From: Pseudomonas phage vB_PseudoP-SA22
Strand: one strand, 5' to 3'
Sequence record: OP793496.1
Length of the DNA: 45,458 nucleotides
Every line of letters starts with the position of its first letter. Position 1 is the stretch's first letter. The notes below the pieces were generated by a model, which was not told the DNA's origin, made no database searches, and saw nothing but the letters and a program-made list of their open reading frames with translations. Of the stretch, positions 8,522-17,203 are shown piece by piece. A program made the translations under genes and the position numbers.

Positions 8522-9475
8522 ATGGCAACTCCAACTAATGCCGTCTCGACTGTAGAGATCAACGGTAAGCGCGAAGACCTTATCGATATCATCTACAACA
8601 TCGCACCCTATGACACCCCGTTCATGACTGCTATCGGCAAGGGCGTAGCTACCGCTATCACCCACGAGTGGCAGACTGATGAACTCCGCCAGCCGGGTAA
8701 GAACACCCGAGTGGAAGGTGAGGATGCAACCATCAAGGCTGGTAGCTTCACCACCATGCTGAACAACTACTGCCAAATCTCGGACGAGACCCTGCAAGTC
8801 ACCGGTACCGCAGATAAGGTCAAGAAGGCTGGTCGTAAGAACGAACTGGCGTATCAGCTGGCTAAGAAGTCGAAGGAACTGAAGCTGGACATGGAATACG
8901 CCATGGTCGGTGCCCCTCAGGCTAAGATCCAGCGTAACACCACTACTCCGGGTCAGATGGCAAACATCTTTGCCTACTACAAGACCAACGGTTCGGTAGG
9001 TGCTAACGGTACCCTGCCAACTGGTGATGGTTCCGACACTGGTACCGCTGGTGACCTCCGTCTTCTGACCGAAGACATGCTCCTGAATGCCTCTGAGGCT
9101 ATCTGGCGCAACGGTGGTCAGGCTAACTCGATCCAGACTTCGAGCTCGATCAAGAAGGCCATCAGCAAGAACATGAAGGGTCGTGCAACTGAGATCACCC
9201 TGGATGCCTCGGACAACCGCATTGCGCAGACCGTGGACGTCTATGAGAGTGACTTCGGTAAGTACACCATTCGTGCCAACCGCTGGTTCCACGAAAACAC
9301 CATGTTCATCTTTGATCCGAAGATGCACGCCCTCTGCTACCTGCGTCCGTTCTTCCAGCATGAACTGGCTAAGACCGGTGACAGCGAGAAGCGCCAGCTG
9401 CTGGTTGAGTACACCCTGCGTGTAAACAACGAGAAGTCCGGTGCTCTGATCCGCGACGTTGTAGCCCAGGTCTAA
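8522..9475 (+). CDS. Major capsid protein
   Basis: 317 aa after scaffold, strong SD, followed by GC-stem/UUCG-tetraloop terminator. Confidence 0.8.
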   Translation: MATPTNAVSTVEINGKREDLIDIIYNIAPYDTPFMTAIGKGVATAITHEWQTDELRQPGKNTRVEGEDATIKAGSFTTMLNNYCQISDETLQVTGTADKVKKAGRKNELAYQLAKKSKELKLDMEYAMVGAPQAKIQRNTTTPGQMANIFAYYKTNGSVGANGTLPTGDGSDTGTAGDLRLLTEDMLLNASEAIWRNGGQANSIQTSSSIKKAISKNMKGRATEITLDASDNRIAQTVDVYESDFGKYTIRANRWFHENTMFIFDPKMHALCYLRPFFQHELAKTGDSEKRQLLVEYTLRVNNEKSGALIRDVVAQV

Positions 9476-9482
9476 CCCAACG

Positions 9483-9505
9483 GGGCCCTTCGGGGCCCTT
9501 TGTTT
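9483..9505 (+). terminator. Intrinsic terminator after capsid gene (6-bp GC stem, UUCG tetraloop, TTTGTTT)
   Basis: gggccc-ttcg-gggccc then tttgttt. Confidence 0.7.
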
Positions 9506-9523
9506 CCCCTTAGGAGGTACATC

Positions 9524-9844
9524 ATGAGTATCCAATCGACTTATGCAATTGACGAAGACCTTGGGCTCTTTATCCGAAAGGATACTCAAGATGTTGAGTC
9601 AATCCTGTCCGCTAACGCCGAAGAGCGCCACTCGGGTGTCAATAGCAACCGCAAGGATAATATGCGTAAGGTAGCAAGTATCCCCCTGGTTGTCGTAGAG
9701 GCACTACGGAATCGTCCCATGGCTGAAGGTGGTCCTATCGATCTAAACCTGATTGGTTGTGACCCAGATCATGCCGCAAGATTTACCCGTTGGCTTAATG
9801 ACCGAGATAACTATCGGATGCGGACCTCTGAGGCACGGGTGTAA
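9524..9844 (+). CDS. Virion-module hypothetical protein (start re-set to ATG at 9524 with AGGAGG SD)
   Basis: ORF track frame 9500..9844; taggaggtacatcATG. Confidence 0.55.
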   Translation: MSIQSTYAIDEDLGLFIRKDTQDVESILSANAEERHSGVNSNRKDNMRKVASIPLVVVEALRNRPMAEGGPIDLNLIGCDPDHAARFTRWLNDRDNYRMRTSEARV

Positions 9845-9847
9845 TGA

Positions 9848-10474
9848 ATGGCTACGATCAATAACGTAACTGATCTCGCTATTGCTGCTATCCAGTGGTC
9901 TGACCGTCAGGATCTTACCCAAGAACTTCTGATGTTGTTCATTGGGAACACTACTGACCGTCTTAACCGATTGCTACGAGTGAGGGAGAACGAACACTTC
10001 GAAACTCTCATGGCCTTCGGTGGTGGCATTGAGATCCCTGAGCACTTTGTTGCTCTAAGGTCTATCACGGGTGACTCTCTTATCGGTGGGCGTACTCTCC
10101 AGTACATCACCCAAGATATCTTCACCCACTATGTTAACTACAACTACCAACCTCAGGGTGTAACCTACTACACTCGGTTGGGTAACTTCTGGCGAGTATT
10201 CCCCGTTGTTCCTGACGGTGCCCCGTTCATTGTGAACTACTGGACTGTACTCCCAGAGCTAAGCCTCGCTAACCCAACGACTTGGGCTCTGACGAAGTAT
10301 CCGCAGATTTATCTCTATGGTGTCCTTGAGCAGATTTATCTGTACACCATGGATGAAGCTCGGTCCCAGTTCTGGGGTCAGAAACTCGAACGGGCTGTTA
10401 TGGAACTCCAGAACGAGGAGAATGCCGCTGACTTCGCTAGCACTCGACTGGCGATCAAAGACATTGAACGTTAA
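9848..10474 (+). CDS. Virion structural protein (adaptor/tail-tube candidate)
   Basis: 208 aa, co-directional, tightly packed after capsid. Confidence 0.5.
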   Translation: MATINNVTDLAIAAIQWSDRQDLTQELLMLFIGNTTDRLNRLLRVRENEHFETLMAFGGGIEIPEHFVALRSITGDSLIGGRTLQYITQDIFTHYVNYNYQPQGVTYYTRLGNFWRVFPVVPDGAPFIVNYWTVLPELSLANPTTWALTKYPQIYLYGVLEQIYLYTMDEARSQFWGQKLERAVMELQNEENAADFASTRLAIKDIER

Positions 10475-10484
10475 GGAGCTTCAG

Positions 10485-10676
10485 ATGCCTATCTTTCTAA
10501 AAACCCTCGCAATCAACCTTCTGGCTACCCTCTTCCCAACCAAGGTAATCGCTAAGTCCATCGTGACTGGTGCTAAGGCCCTGGCGGAGAAGACTAACTC
10601 TAAGGTTGACGACGAGTTCGTAAAAGTCCTGGAAGACAACCTTAAGGAGAAGACGGAGGATGCAACTTCTAACTGA
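10485..10676 (+). CDS. Small protein with N-terminal hydrophobic segment (64 aa)
   Basis: MPIFLKTLAINLLATLFPTKVIA..., AAGGAG SD; inner ATG of track ORF 10317..10676. Confidence 0.45.
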   Translation: MPIFLKTLAINLLATLFPTKVIAKSIVTGAKALAEKTNSKVDDEFVKVLEDNLKEKTEDATSN

Positions 10677-10908
10677 TAACCTGGGCAGCATCGTCAGTGC
10701 CCTGGTCGTATCCTCGGTAGTGACGGTAGGTTCCTCGGTTGTCGGTCAGAATGTTCATCAGGCCCTGCTTGAAAGAAACATCCAGGCCACGGAGAAGCTC
10801 ACCCAAGCGGTGAGCGATCTCCAGATTTCTATGGCAATCTTTGGGGAGCGGTATGTCACCCGAAAAGAAATGAAAGAAGAGATAAAGGAGGCCAAGAATG
10901 GGTCTTGA
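10660..10908 (+). CDS. Single-pass membrane protein with periplasmic coiled coil (i-spanin-like or virion membrane protein)
   Basis: TM segment GSIVSALVVSSVVTVGSSVV followed by charged helix. Confidence 0.4.
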   Translation: MQLLTDNLGSIVSALVVSSVVTVGSSVVGQNVHQALLERNIQATEKLTQAVSDLQISMAIFGERYVTRKEMKEEIKEAKNGS

Positions 10909-11545
10909 GGTCGCAACTTATATTAACCAGTTGGTGCCTACGAACCCTACCGGCTCTGATCTGAAGTCCTTTGGGGATGACCACCTGCGACTCATTAAGA
11001 GTGCTATTAAGAATACCTTCCCCAATATTTCTCAGGCTGTCACTGTAACGGCAGCCCAGCTAAACGCAGTCGCTGATACAACCCAGTATGTTAAACCTGG
11101 GATGGTTATCATGTGGGCTGGGTCACTGGCTCAGATCCCAGCAGGTTGGAAGCTTTGTAATGGTGTAGGGACTACCTCTAACGGAATCCCTGTTCCCAAC
11201 CTCATTGGTGCATTCCCCTGGGGTATCGACGGATCTTCCCAGGCTGTAGGTACTAGAGGCGGTAGCGCTAACATTGTATGGGATGGGTTCACTGAAGGGA
11301 CTGCCCTTACCCTAGCCCAAATCCCATCACACACCCACACTTGGAGAACTAGGGGTGCTACTACCCTCACTGGTTCTGCGGGTGACTCGGGTGCTCTGAC
11401 GGGTGGCTCTGGTAACGCAGCCAATACCAACCTTGAGACTGGCCCTGCTGGTCAAGGTCAGACTCACAACCATGCAGTAAAGATCAACATGCCGTTGGGT
11501 AATATCCCACCGTTCTGTTCTGTGTTCTTCATCATTAAGAACTGA
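10898..11545 (+). CDS. Tail fibre / tail-collar domain protein
   Basis: MWAGSLAQIPAGWKLCNGVGTTSNGIPVPNLIGAFPWG fits the phage tail-collar motif (G..IP.GW..CdG......P.L); IPSHTHTW. Confidence 0.65.
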   Translation: MGLEVATYINQLVPTNPTGSDLKSFGDDHLRLIKSAIKNTFPNISQAVTVTAAQLNAVADTTQYVKPGMVIMWAGSLAQIPAGWKLCNGVGTTSNGIPVPNLIGAFPWGIDGSSQAVGTRGGSANIVWDGFTEGTALTLAQIPSHTHTWRTRGATTLTGSAGDSGALTGGSGNAANTNLETGPAGQGQTHNHAVKINMPLGNIPPFCSVFFIIKN

Positions 11546-11553
11546 GGTATACA

Positions 11554-13095
11554 ATGGCCCTAGAGAGACAAGAGGTCAAGAACCCTACGGGGATTGTGAC
11601 CGATATCGCCCCCGCTGACCTGCCGCTGGAGAAATGGTCCTTCGGGAACAACGTCCGGTTTAAGAACGGTAAGGCTCAGAAGGTTCTGGGCCATTCCCCC
11701 ATCTTTGATACTGCCCAGGCCCCTATCTTGGATATGTTCCCATTCATTCGGAACAACATCCCATACTGGCTCTTGTGCTCAGAAAAGAGGCTTTACCTGG
11801 CAGATGGGACTACCATCATTGATGTGTCCCCAGGTCCATACTCTGCGAGTGTAACCAACCGGTGGTCTGTAGGTTCCTTCAATGGAGTTATCTTTGCTAA
11901 CGATGGGGTTAACCCTCCCCACCACCTACCACCAACTGAGAGCGTGTTTAGGGTTCTACCTAACTTCCCAGCGAACACAACCTTTAGACGTCTTAAGTCC
12001 TTCAAGAGCTTCTTGGTTGGCTTGAATGTAACGTCTAACTCTATTGAAATGCCCCAGATGGTCTGGTGGAGTACCTCGGCAGATGCTGGTGGTGTACCGG
12101 CCTCTTGGGACCCAACAGACCCTACCAAAGATGCTGGACAGAACACCTTGGCTGATACCAATGGTGCTATCGTGGATGGTGTGAAGCTTCGTGACTCCTT
12201 CATCATCTACAAGGAAGACTCGGTATACTCCATGCGGTACATCGGTGGTCTGTACATCTTCCAATTCCAGCAGCTGTTTAATGACGTAGGTATCCTCGGT
12301 CCTAACTGCGCTATAGAGTTCGATGGTAACCACTTTGTTGTAGGTCATGGTGACGTCTATGTCCACAACGGTGTACAGAAGCAGTCCGTGATTGATGCTC
12401 AGGTCCGTAAGTTCTTCTTCTCGGATATCAACCCGGATAACTACCAACGGACCTTTGTGCTAGCTGACCATGTGAACACTGAAATGTGGGTATGCTACTC
12501 CTCGACTCGATCTGAGCCTGGGAAGCATTGCGATAGGGCTATCATTTGGAACTGGAAGGAGAACACTTGGAGTATCCGAGACCTCCCTAACGTCCTAAGT
12601 GGAGCCTACGGCATCATTGACCCTAAGACTTCTAACCTCTGGGATGACGACCCCAACCCCTGGGATACCGATACTTCGGTCTGGGGTGAAGGCTCTTATA
12701 ACCCAGCAAAGTCCAGTATGATCTTCTCGTCTTTCCAGGATAAGAAGTTGTTCCTCTTCGGTAATAACTCTACATTCTCTGGGCAGAACTTCGTTAGTAC
12801 CCTTGAGAGATCCGATATCTATCTTGGGGATGACCGAATGATGAAGACTGTGAGTGCTATCATCCCGCATATCACGGGTAACGGCACCTGCAACATCTGG
12901 GTTGGTAATGCTCAGGTACAAGGTTCTGGTATTCGGTGGAAGGGCCCCTACCCATACCGGATTGGCCAGGACTATAAGATTGACACTAAACATGTGGGCC
13001 GGTACATAGCCTTGAAGTTCGACTTCTCCTCAGAGGGTGACTGGTGCTTCAACGGATACACTATTGAAATGGCCCCGAAGGCAGGTATGCGATGA
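11554..13095 (+). CDS. Tail structural protein (513 aa)
   Basis: Position and size within structural module; no motif recognised. Confidence 0.45.
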   Translation: MALERQEVKNPTGIVTDIAPADLPLEKWSFGNNVRFKNGKAQKVLGHSPIFDTAQAPILDMFPFIRNNIPYWLLCSEKRLYLADGTTIIDVSPGPYSASVTNRWSVGSFNGVIFANDGVNPPHHLPPTESVFRVLPNFPANTTFRRLKSFKSFLVGLNVTSNSIEMPQMVWWSTSADAGGVPASWDPTDPTKDAGQNTLADTNGAIVDGVKLRDSFIIYKEDSVYSMRYIGGLYIFQFQQLFNDVGILGPNCAIEFDGNHFVVGHGDVYVHNGVQKQSVIDAQVRKFFFSDINPDNYQRTFVLADHVNTEMWVCYSSTRSEPGKHCDRAIIWNWKENTWSIRDLPNVLSGAYGIIDPKTSNLWDDDPNPWDTDTSVWGEGSYNPAKSSMIFSSFQDKKLFLFGNNSTFSGQNFVSTLERSDIYLGDDRMMKTVSAIIPHITGNGTCNIWVGNAQVQGSGIRWKGPYPYRIGQDYKIDTKHVGRYIALKFDFSSEGDWCFNGYTIEMAPKAGMR

Positions 13096-13781
13096 GTCAA
13101 AAGTACAGCCCTTCGATTCCACCACAGGAAGAGGAGGAACTGCTGCCCTTCCTTAATGAAGAATTCGTTAGGGTTGGACAGACTCTTAATGACCTAGCTG
13201 ACGGCTACTGGGGGGTCTCTATGGAGCCCCCTAAGAAGCTCAAGCCAGGGACTGTAAAGTATTTTGCCCCCGGAGTGGTAGGTCCAGTATCCGGCATCTA
13301 TCATTACGACTTGGATAACCAATGGAGACTCGCAGGTACTAAACCAAAGGACCTGCCGGGGGATTTTATCCTATTTACCCCACAGAACAACCATCAGCCG
13401 ATGGGTACCTGTGCCTATAGGATGAACACTGCTAAGGATGAAGTATGGATAACCATGCTCATGTCTGGTGGTAACTACACTAATGGAGCTACTGTCCTGG
13501 ATCTTCCCCAGGCGTATTGGCCTCCTGCTGAGTTGTTTATCCCGGCCTATTCCAGCATCATCCCAGCGCAGAGCACTATTACTTATCCACCTCCGTCTGA
13601 CCCTAACGCACCTCCGTTGGATCAAGTCTTTGATGTTCTCAACAGGGCTACTATTCAGACTGGGGTGGTTAACCAAGCAATGTTTAAGATCACAGCTAAT
13701 GGCCGTGTTCTAATCCAAGGAATTCCCCAAGGAGCAGTCTTCGGGGGTACATTCACATTCCCCCTGGTGGTGACTCCATGA
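13092..13781 (+). CDS. Structural protein (229 aa)
   Basis: Translational coupling with flanking genes. Confidence 0.4.
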   Translation: MSQKYSPSIPPQEEEELLPFLNEEFVRVGQTLNDLADGYWGVSMEPPKKLKPGTVKYFAPGVVGPVSGIYHYDLDNQWRLAGTKPKDLPGDFILFTPQNNHQPMGTCAYRMNTAKDEVWITMLMSGGNYTNGATVLDLPQAYWPPAELFIPAYSSIIPAQSTITYPPPSDPNAPPLDQVFDVLNRATIQTGVVNQAMFKITANGRVLIQGIPQGAVFGGTFTFPLVVTP

Positions 13782-14212
13782 TTCATTTGATTACTCGTGA
13801 GAATATCGATCTGCTTCCTACCGTAGTCCCTGCTCTGGCCCGAGCCTTCAACAGGACGGACCTCGGTAAGTTTTGGGACTTCGAACACTTGGTTCACTCC
13901 TTGGTTAACTACGAGGCCTATGTCTTCTACCAAGAAGAGAGTGGCTACGCTGGTGTAATTCAAGTGTCCCAAGCACCCCTGGGTAACATCCTTCACTTCT
14001 TCTGGAGTGGAAAGATGCCTGGGAATGAAACCCCGGTAGATTACTCGGAGGTAGACGACTTCCTCGGACAGTTCGCCCAACGAGTTAACTGTCGGTTTAT
14101 CCAATGCGAAGGTCGTCGGGGCTGGAAGCCTACCCTAGAGAAACTCGGGTACACCGAAGACTCCGTATCCTTCTATCGTGAGGTAACTCCAGATGAACTT
14201 CCTCCAATTTAA
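13778..14212 (+). CDS. Hypothetical protein (144 aa)
   Basis: ORF track, overlapping start/stop with neighbours. Confidence 0.4.
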   Translation: MIHLITRENIDLLPTVVPALARAFNRTDLGKFWDFEHLVHSLVNYEAYVFYQEESGYAGVIQVSQAPLGNILHFFWSGKMPGNETPVDYSEVDDFLGQFAQRVNCRFIQCEGRRGWKPTLEKLGYTEDSVSFYREVTPDELPPI

Positions 14213-15137
14213 TGTAAAGCGTCTGATGGGGTTCGATGTAGGGGATGCCCTAGATTCTCGGGCTTACAAGGGTGGTAGCAAGAAGCAAAAGACCACCTCT
14301 GTCTCTACACCCTATCAGCAAGGTAATTATAATGAACTACTCTCGGGTGCCAGTGATTGGCTACATAACGGGGGCTTTGACCCCAATTACGGGGGCGATC
14401 CGAACTTTGACCCGGTGGCTGACCAAAATGCTCTCCAGCTTGGTGGCATCGAAGGGCTGGGTGGTCTCGGGGGTGCCCTTCAGTCTCTCCTGGGTAGATC
14501 AGGTGTTAGCTCTCTGGCTGATTACCTTGGTCCTTACGATCCCAACAAAACTGGCTTGGCGAACGCCATTGGTGCAGCCAACGAGCAGATGCAATGGGAC
14601 TTCGACACTACGGTACGTCCAGACCTGCGAGCAGGGGCCACTAATGCTGGTCAGTATGGGAGTTCCCGAGCGGGTGTAGCAGAAGGTATTGCTACCGCTA
14701 GGTTGCTCCAGAATCAACAGAATAACGCCTCCCAGTTGGCTTTCCAAGACCAGCAGGCTTACAACCAGAATAGGTTGAATACCCTGGGTAACCTGTCGGC
14801 TATTGCTAAGGGTCTTGGCTCTGGTAATGCCATGCAGGTAGATGCTGGTTCTATTCTACAGAATCAGGAGCAACAGGAGATCAATGGTGCTCTCCAGAAG
14901 TGGGCCTATGAGAACAACGTTAGTCTTAACGACCTCCTCGCCTATAAGGAACTGATCTCGGGTGACATGGGTGGTACTAACGTATCCGTCACCAAGGGCT
15001 CTGGGGGCGGTGGTGGTGGCCTCGGTTCTGCCCTGGGTGCCCTGGGTGGTGCCTCCCTGGGAGCACTCTTCGGAGGCCCCGCAGGAGCTTCTGTGGGTAT
15101 GAACGCAGGTGGTCGAGTTGGGGGTCTGTTGTTCTAA
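14193..15137 (+). CDS. Gly-rich internal virion protein (314 aa)
   Basis: C-terminal GGGGGGLGSALGALGGASLGALFGG tract. Confidence 0.45.
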   Translation: MNFLQFNVKRLMGFDVGDALDSRAYKGGSKKQKTTSVSTPYQQGNYNELLSGASDWLHNGGFDPNYGGDPNFDPVADQNALQLGGIEGLGGLGGALQSLLGRSGVSSLADYLGPYDPNKTGLANAIGAANEQMQWDFDTTVRPDLRAGATNAGQYGSSRAGVAEGIATARLLQNQQNNASQLAFQDQQAYNQNRLNTLGNLSAIAKGLGSGNAMQVDAGSILQNQEQQEINGALQKWAYENNVSLNDLLAYKELISGDMGGTNVSVTKGSGGGGGGLGSALGALGGASLGALFGGPAGASVGMNAGGRVGGLLF

Positions 15138-15520
15138 TGGCCTCTTTAACTCAGAAGCTGTTCACCATTGGACAGAACATCGGTGGTGGGCAGGAGCGGG
15201 TACAGTTGAGTCGTCAAGGCTCCTACCGCCCTGTCCACCTGGGGTCGGGATTAAGTGAGGAATCTAGTAGTGGACAATCAAACCCCTTTGGCGCAATGGG
15301 CGGAGCAGCACTCGCGGCTCTCCTCGGGAAAGGAAGTGACTCTGCTCCAGAAACAGTACCAAGCTTTTCTGTCGAAGGGGCTAGGGGAGCAAGCGAGCAA
15401 GGCGCAGCAAATGTTGCAGCAGGTATGGGAGCGGGAATGGGCATTCTTCCTAGCGCAGAAGACCTCGGCTTTGGACAACTCCCAAAGTCAGGAATCCTAA
15501 GTAAACTCTTTGGAGGTTAA
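15137..15520 (+). CDS. Gly-rich small virion protein (127 aa)
   Basis: ORF track; ATGG overlap with upstream gene. Confidence 0.4.
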   Translation: MASLTQKLFTIGQNIGGGQERVQLSRQGSYRPVHLGSGLSEESSSGQSNPFGAMGGAALAALLGKGSDSAPETVPSFSVEGARGASEQGAANVAAGMGAGMGILPSAEDLGFGQLPKSGILSKLFGG

Positions 15521-17048
15521 TCCTATGGCCAGCATGGCTTATGAAGGGTCCCCAATTCGCCCTAGCATCCTTCGGGCTGCTCAGAATGAACTGGATATGG
15601 CGCGAATCGCAAGGAACAAACTGCCGCTGGCTGTAGAGGGCTCAGGTATTCCTGATCGTGTCCGTCGTGCTGCTCAGGCAGCCCTGGAGAACCCAGAGCG
15701 TTGGTCCCGTGCAGCCCAAGAGGTTGCACCTGCGGCTGAAGCTACTGGTCGTGGTGCCTTGGGTCGTATCGCAGGTATCCTTGGTGGTCCTGTTGGTGTA
15801 GGTGTTCAGGCTGCTGTAACCCCTGCCGACATTGGTGACCAAGAGCGTACTCGTGCTGAGGAAATGGCTCAGGCTGCTCAGGCAGTAGAGAATATGGGTC
15901 CCGAGGTTGCCCAGAGTGCTAACCAATGGGCCCAGGGTGTAGGCCAGAGGGCAGCTCAGAAGGCCACAGGAGGCCCCCAGGGAGCCGGTCTATTGTCTTA
16001 CGGTTTTACCCCTAACCAACCCTCTATCGAACCTGAAATAGCCCCTGAGGTGGCCTCAGAGGCCGGTGCAGCGGTAGCAGAGGAAGAAGAGGCTAACCGT
16101 CAGGTGATCCAACAGGGTGCTATCGAAGGTCTCCGTAGTGGAGCCGTAAGCCGTCCTGAAATGGCCCAGGCTGTAGTCGAGGCTGATGCCCAGCGGGAAG
16201 GTGTAGAGCTTAAACCTGAGGAACTTAAGACTCGGGTTAATGAAGAGCTCACCCAGATGAGGACTATGGATAATGATGACCTGTCTCGTTATGTATCTTA
16301 CGCTCTCATTGGTACTGGTCTTCTGGCTTCGGCCCTAGACAAGACTGGTAAGGCTGGGGATATGTTCGCTGCTTCCTATGAGCGTCAGCTTGATCGTAAC
16401 CTCCAGGCTGGTATCAACCAACAGAAGATGGCTGCTGCTGCTGCTGATCGTCAGATTAAAGAGAAGGATCTGGAACGCAAGGTTGCTAAGGATAAGTCTG
16501 ATGAGCGTCTGGGGATTGGTAACCTAGAGGTTAAGCGGGGAACTCTGGAAGAAACCTCTCGGAAGAATGAGGGTCTTCTGTCTAAATGGGAAAAACAGGC
16601 TGCTGTAGAACGGGCCAAGCTTGCCCTAACCCAGCGTGGTCAAGACCTAGCTACCCAACGGGCTCAGCTCCAGGCTGAAACCGCTAGACGTGGCCAGGAT
16701 ATGTCTCAAGAGAATGCTCAGCTTAGTTCTGCGGTACGTCTCAAGACTGCCAAGATCAGTGCTGCTGCACGTAAGGCTGCTGCTTCGGCTTCCCGTGGTG
16801 AGGCTATCACTACCAAGGATGCCAATGAGTTGGTCAAGGGTGTCTCTGGTTCGGATCTGGTAGGTGGTGCTAAGATTGGTGAACAAGACCAGTCGGCTAT
16901 CTCCCAGAAGCTTCGGAACCACCTGAGGCAGAATCCTGGGGCTGACCCCGTTACCTTCGTACAGCAGGAAGCGGCTAAGCTACAGAAGCAACCGTCGGGT
17001 CTTTTTGGCTGGGGGTCGGGTATTTTGAGTCGTCCTGCTCCTAAGTGA
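15510..17048 (+). CDS. Ala/Gln-rich internal virion / ejection protein (512 aa)
   Basis: Low-complexity coiled-coil composition typical of podovirus internal core proteins. Confidence 0.45.
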   Translation: MEVNPMASMAYEGSPIRPSILRAAQNELDMARIARNKLPLAVEGSGIPDRVRRAAQAALENPERWSRAAQEVAPAAEATGRGALGRIAGILGGPVGVGVQAAVTPADIGDQERTRAEEMAQAAQAVENMGPEVAQSANQWAQGVGQRAAQKATGGPQGAGLLSYGFTPNQPSIEPEIAPEVASEAGAAVAEEEEANRQVIQQGAIEGLRSGAVSRPEMAQAVVEADAQREGVELKPEELKTRVNEELTQMRTMDNDDLSRYVSYALIGTGLLASALDKTGKAGDMFAASYERQLDRNLQAGINQQKMAAAAADRQIKEKDLERKVAKDKSDERLGIGNLEVKRGTLEETSRKNEGLLSKWEKQAAVERAKLALTQRGQDLATQRAQLQAETARRGQDMSQENAQLSSAVRLKTAKISAAARKAAASASRGEAITTKDANELVKGVSGSDLVGGAKIGEQDQSAISQKLRNHLRQNPGADPVTFVQQEAAKLQKQPSGLFGWGSGILSRPAPK

Positions 17049-17058
17049 TAAAAGGTAC

Positions 17059-17087
17059 TTGACAAGTTATTAAAACTGTGGTATAAT
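17059..17087 (+). promoter_or_regulatory. Perfect-consensus sigma70 promoter TTGACA-17-TATAAT (extended TGTGg) with about 115-nt leader homologous to the 2.2-kb promoter leader
   Basis: cTTGACAagttattaaaactgtggTATAATag; shared downstream blocks ctataggc.cttaagatt, ggttatcttaagatagtcttaag, attccagcaaaa. Confidence 0.8.
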
Positions 17088-17203
17088 AGATCTATAGGCA
17101 CTTAAGATTATCTTAATAACTTATTGTATTATTAATTAAATCTTTAGGTTATCTTAAGATAGTCTTAAGTTGCTTATCTTCTATTCCAGCAAAAAGGTGA
17201 ATT

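Noticed and set aside
8402-9589. 395-aa minus-strand ORF covering the capsid gene
   Set aside because: Exactly antisense to the well-supported major capsid gene in the middle of an all-plus structural operon; low-complexity composition typical of antisense frames.
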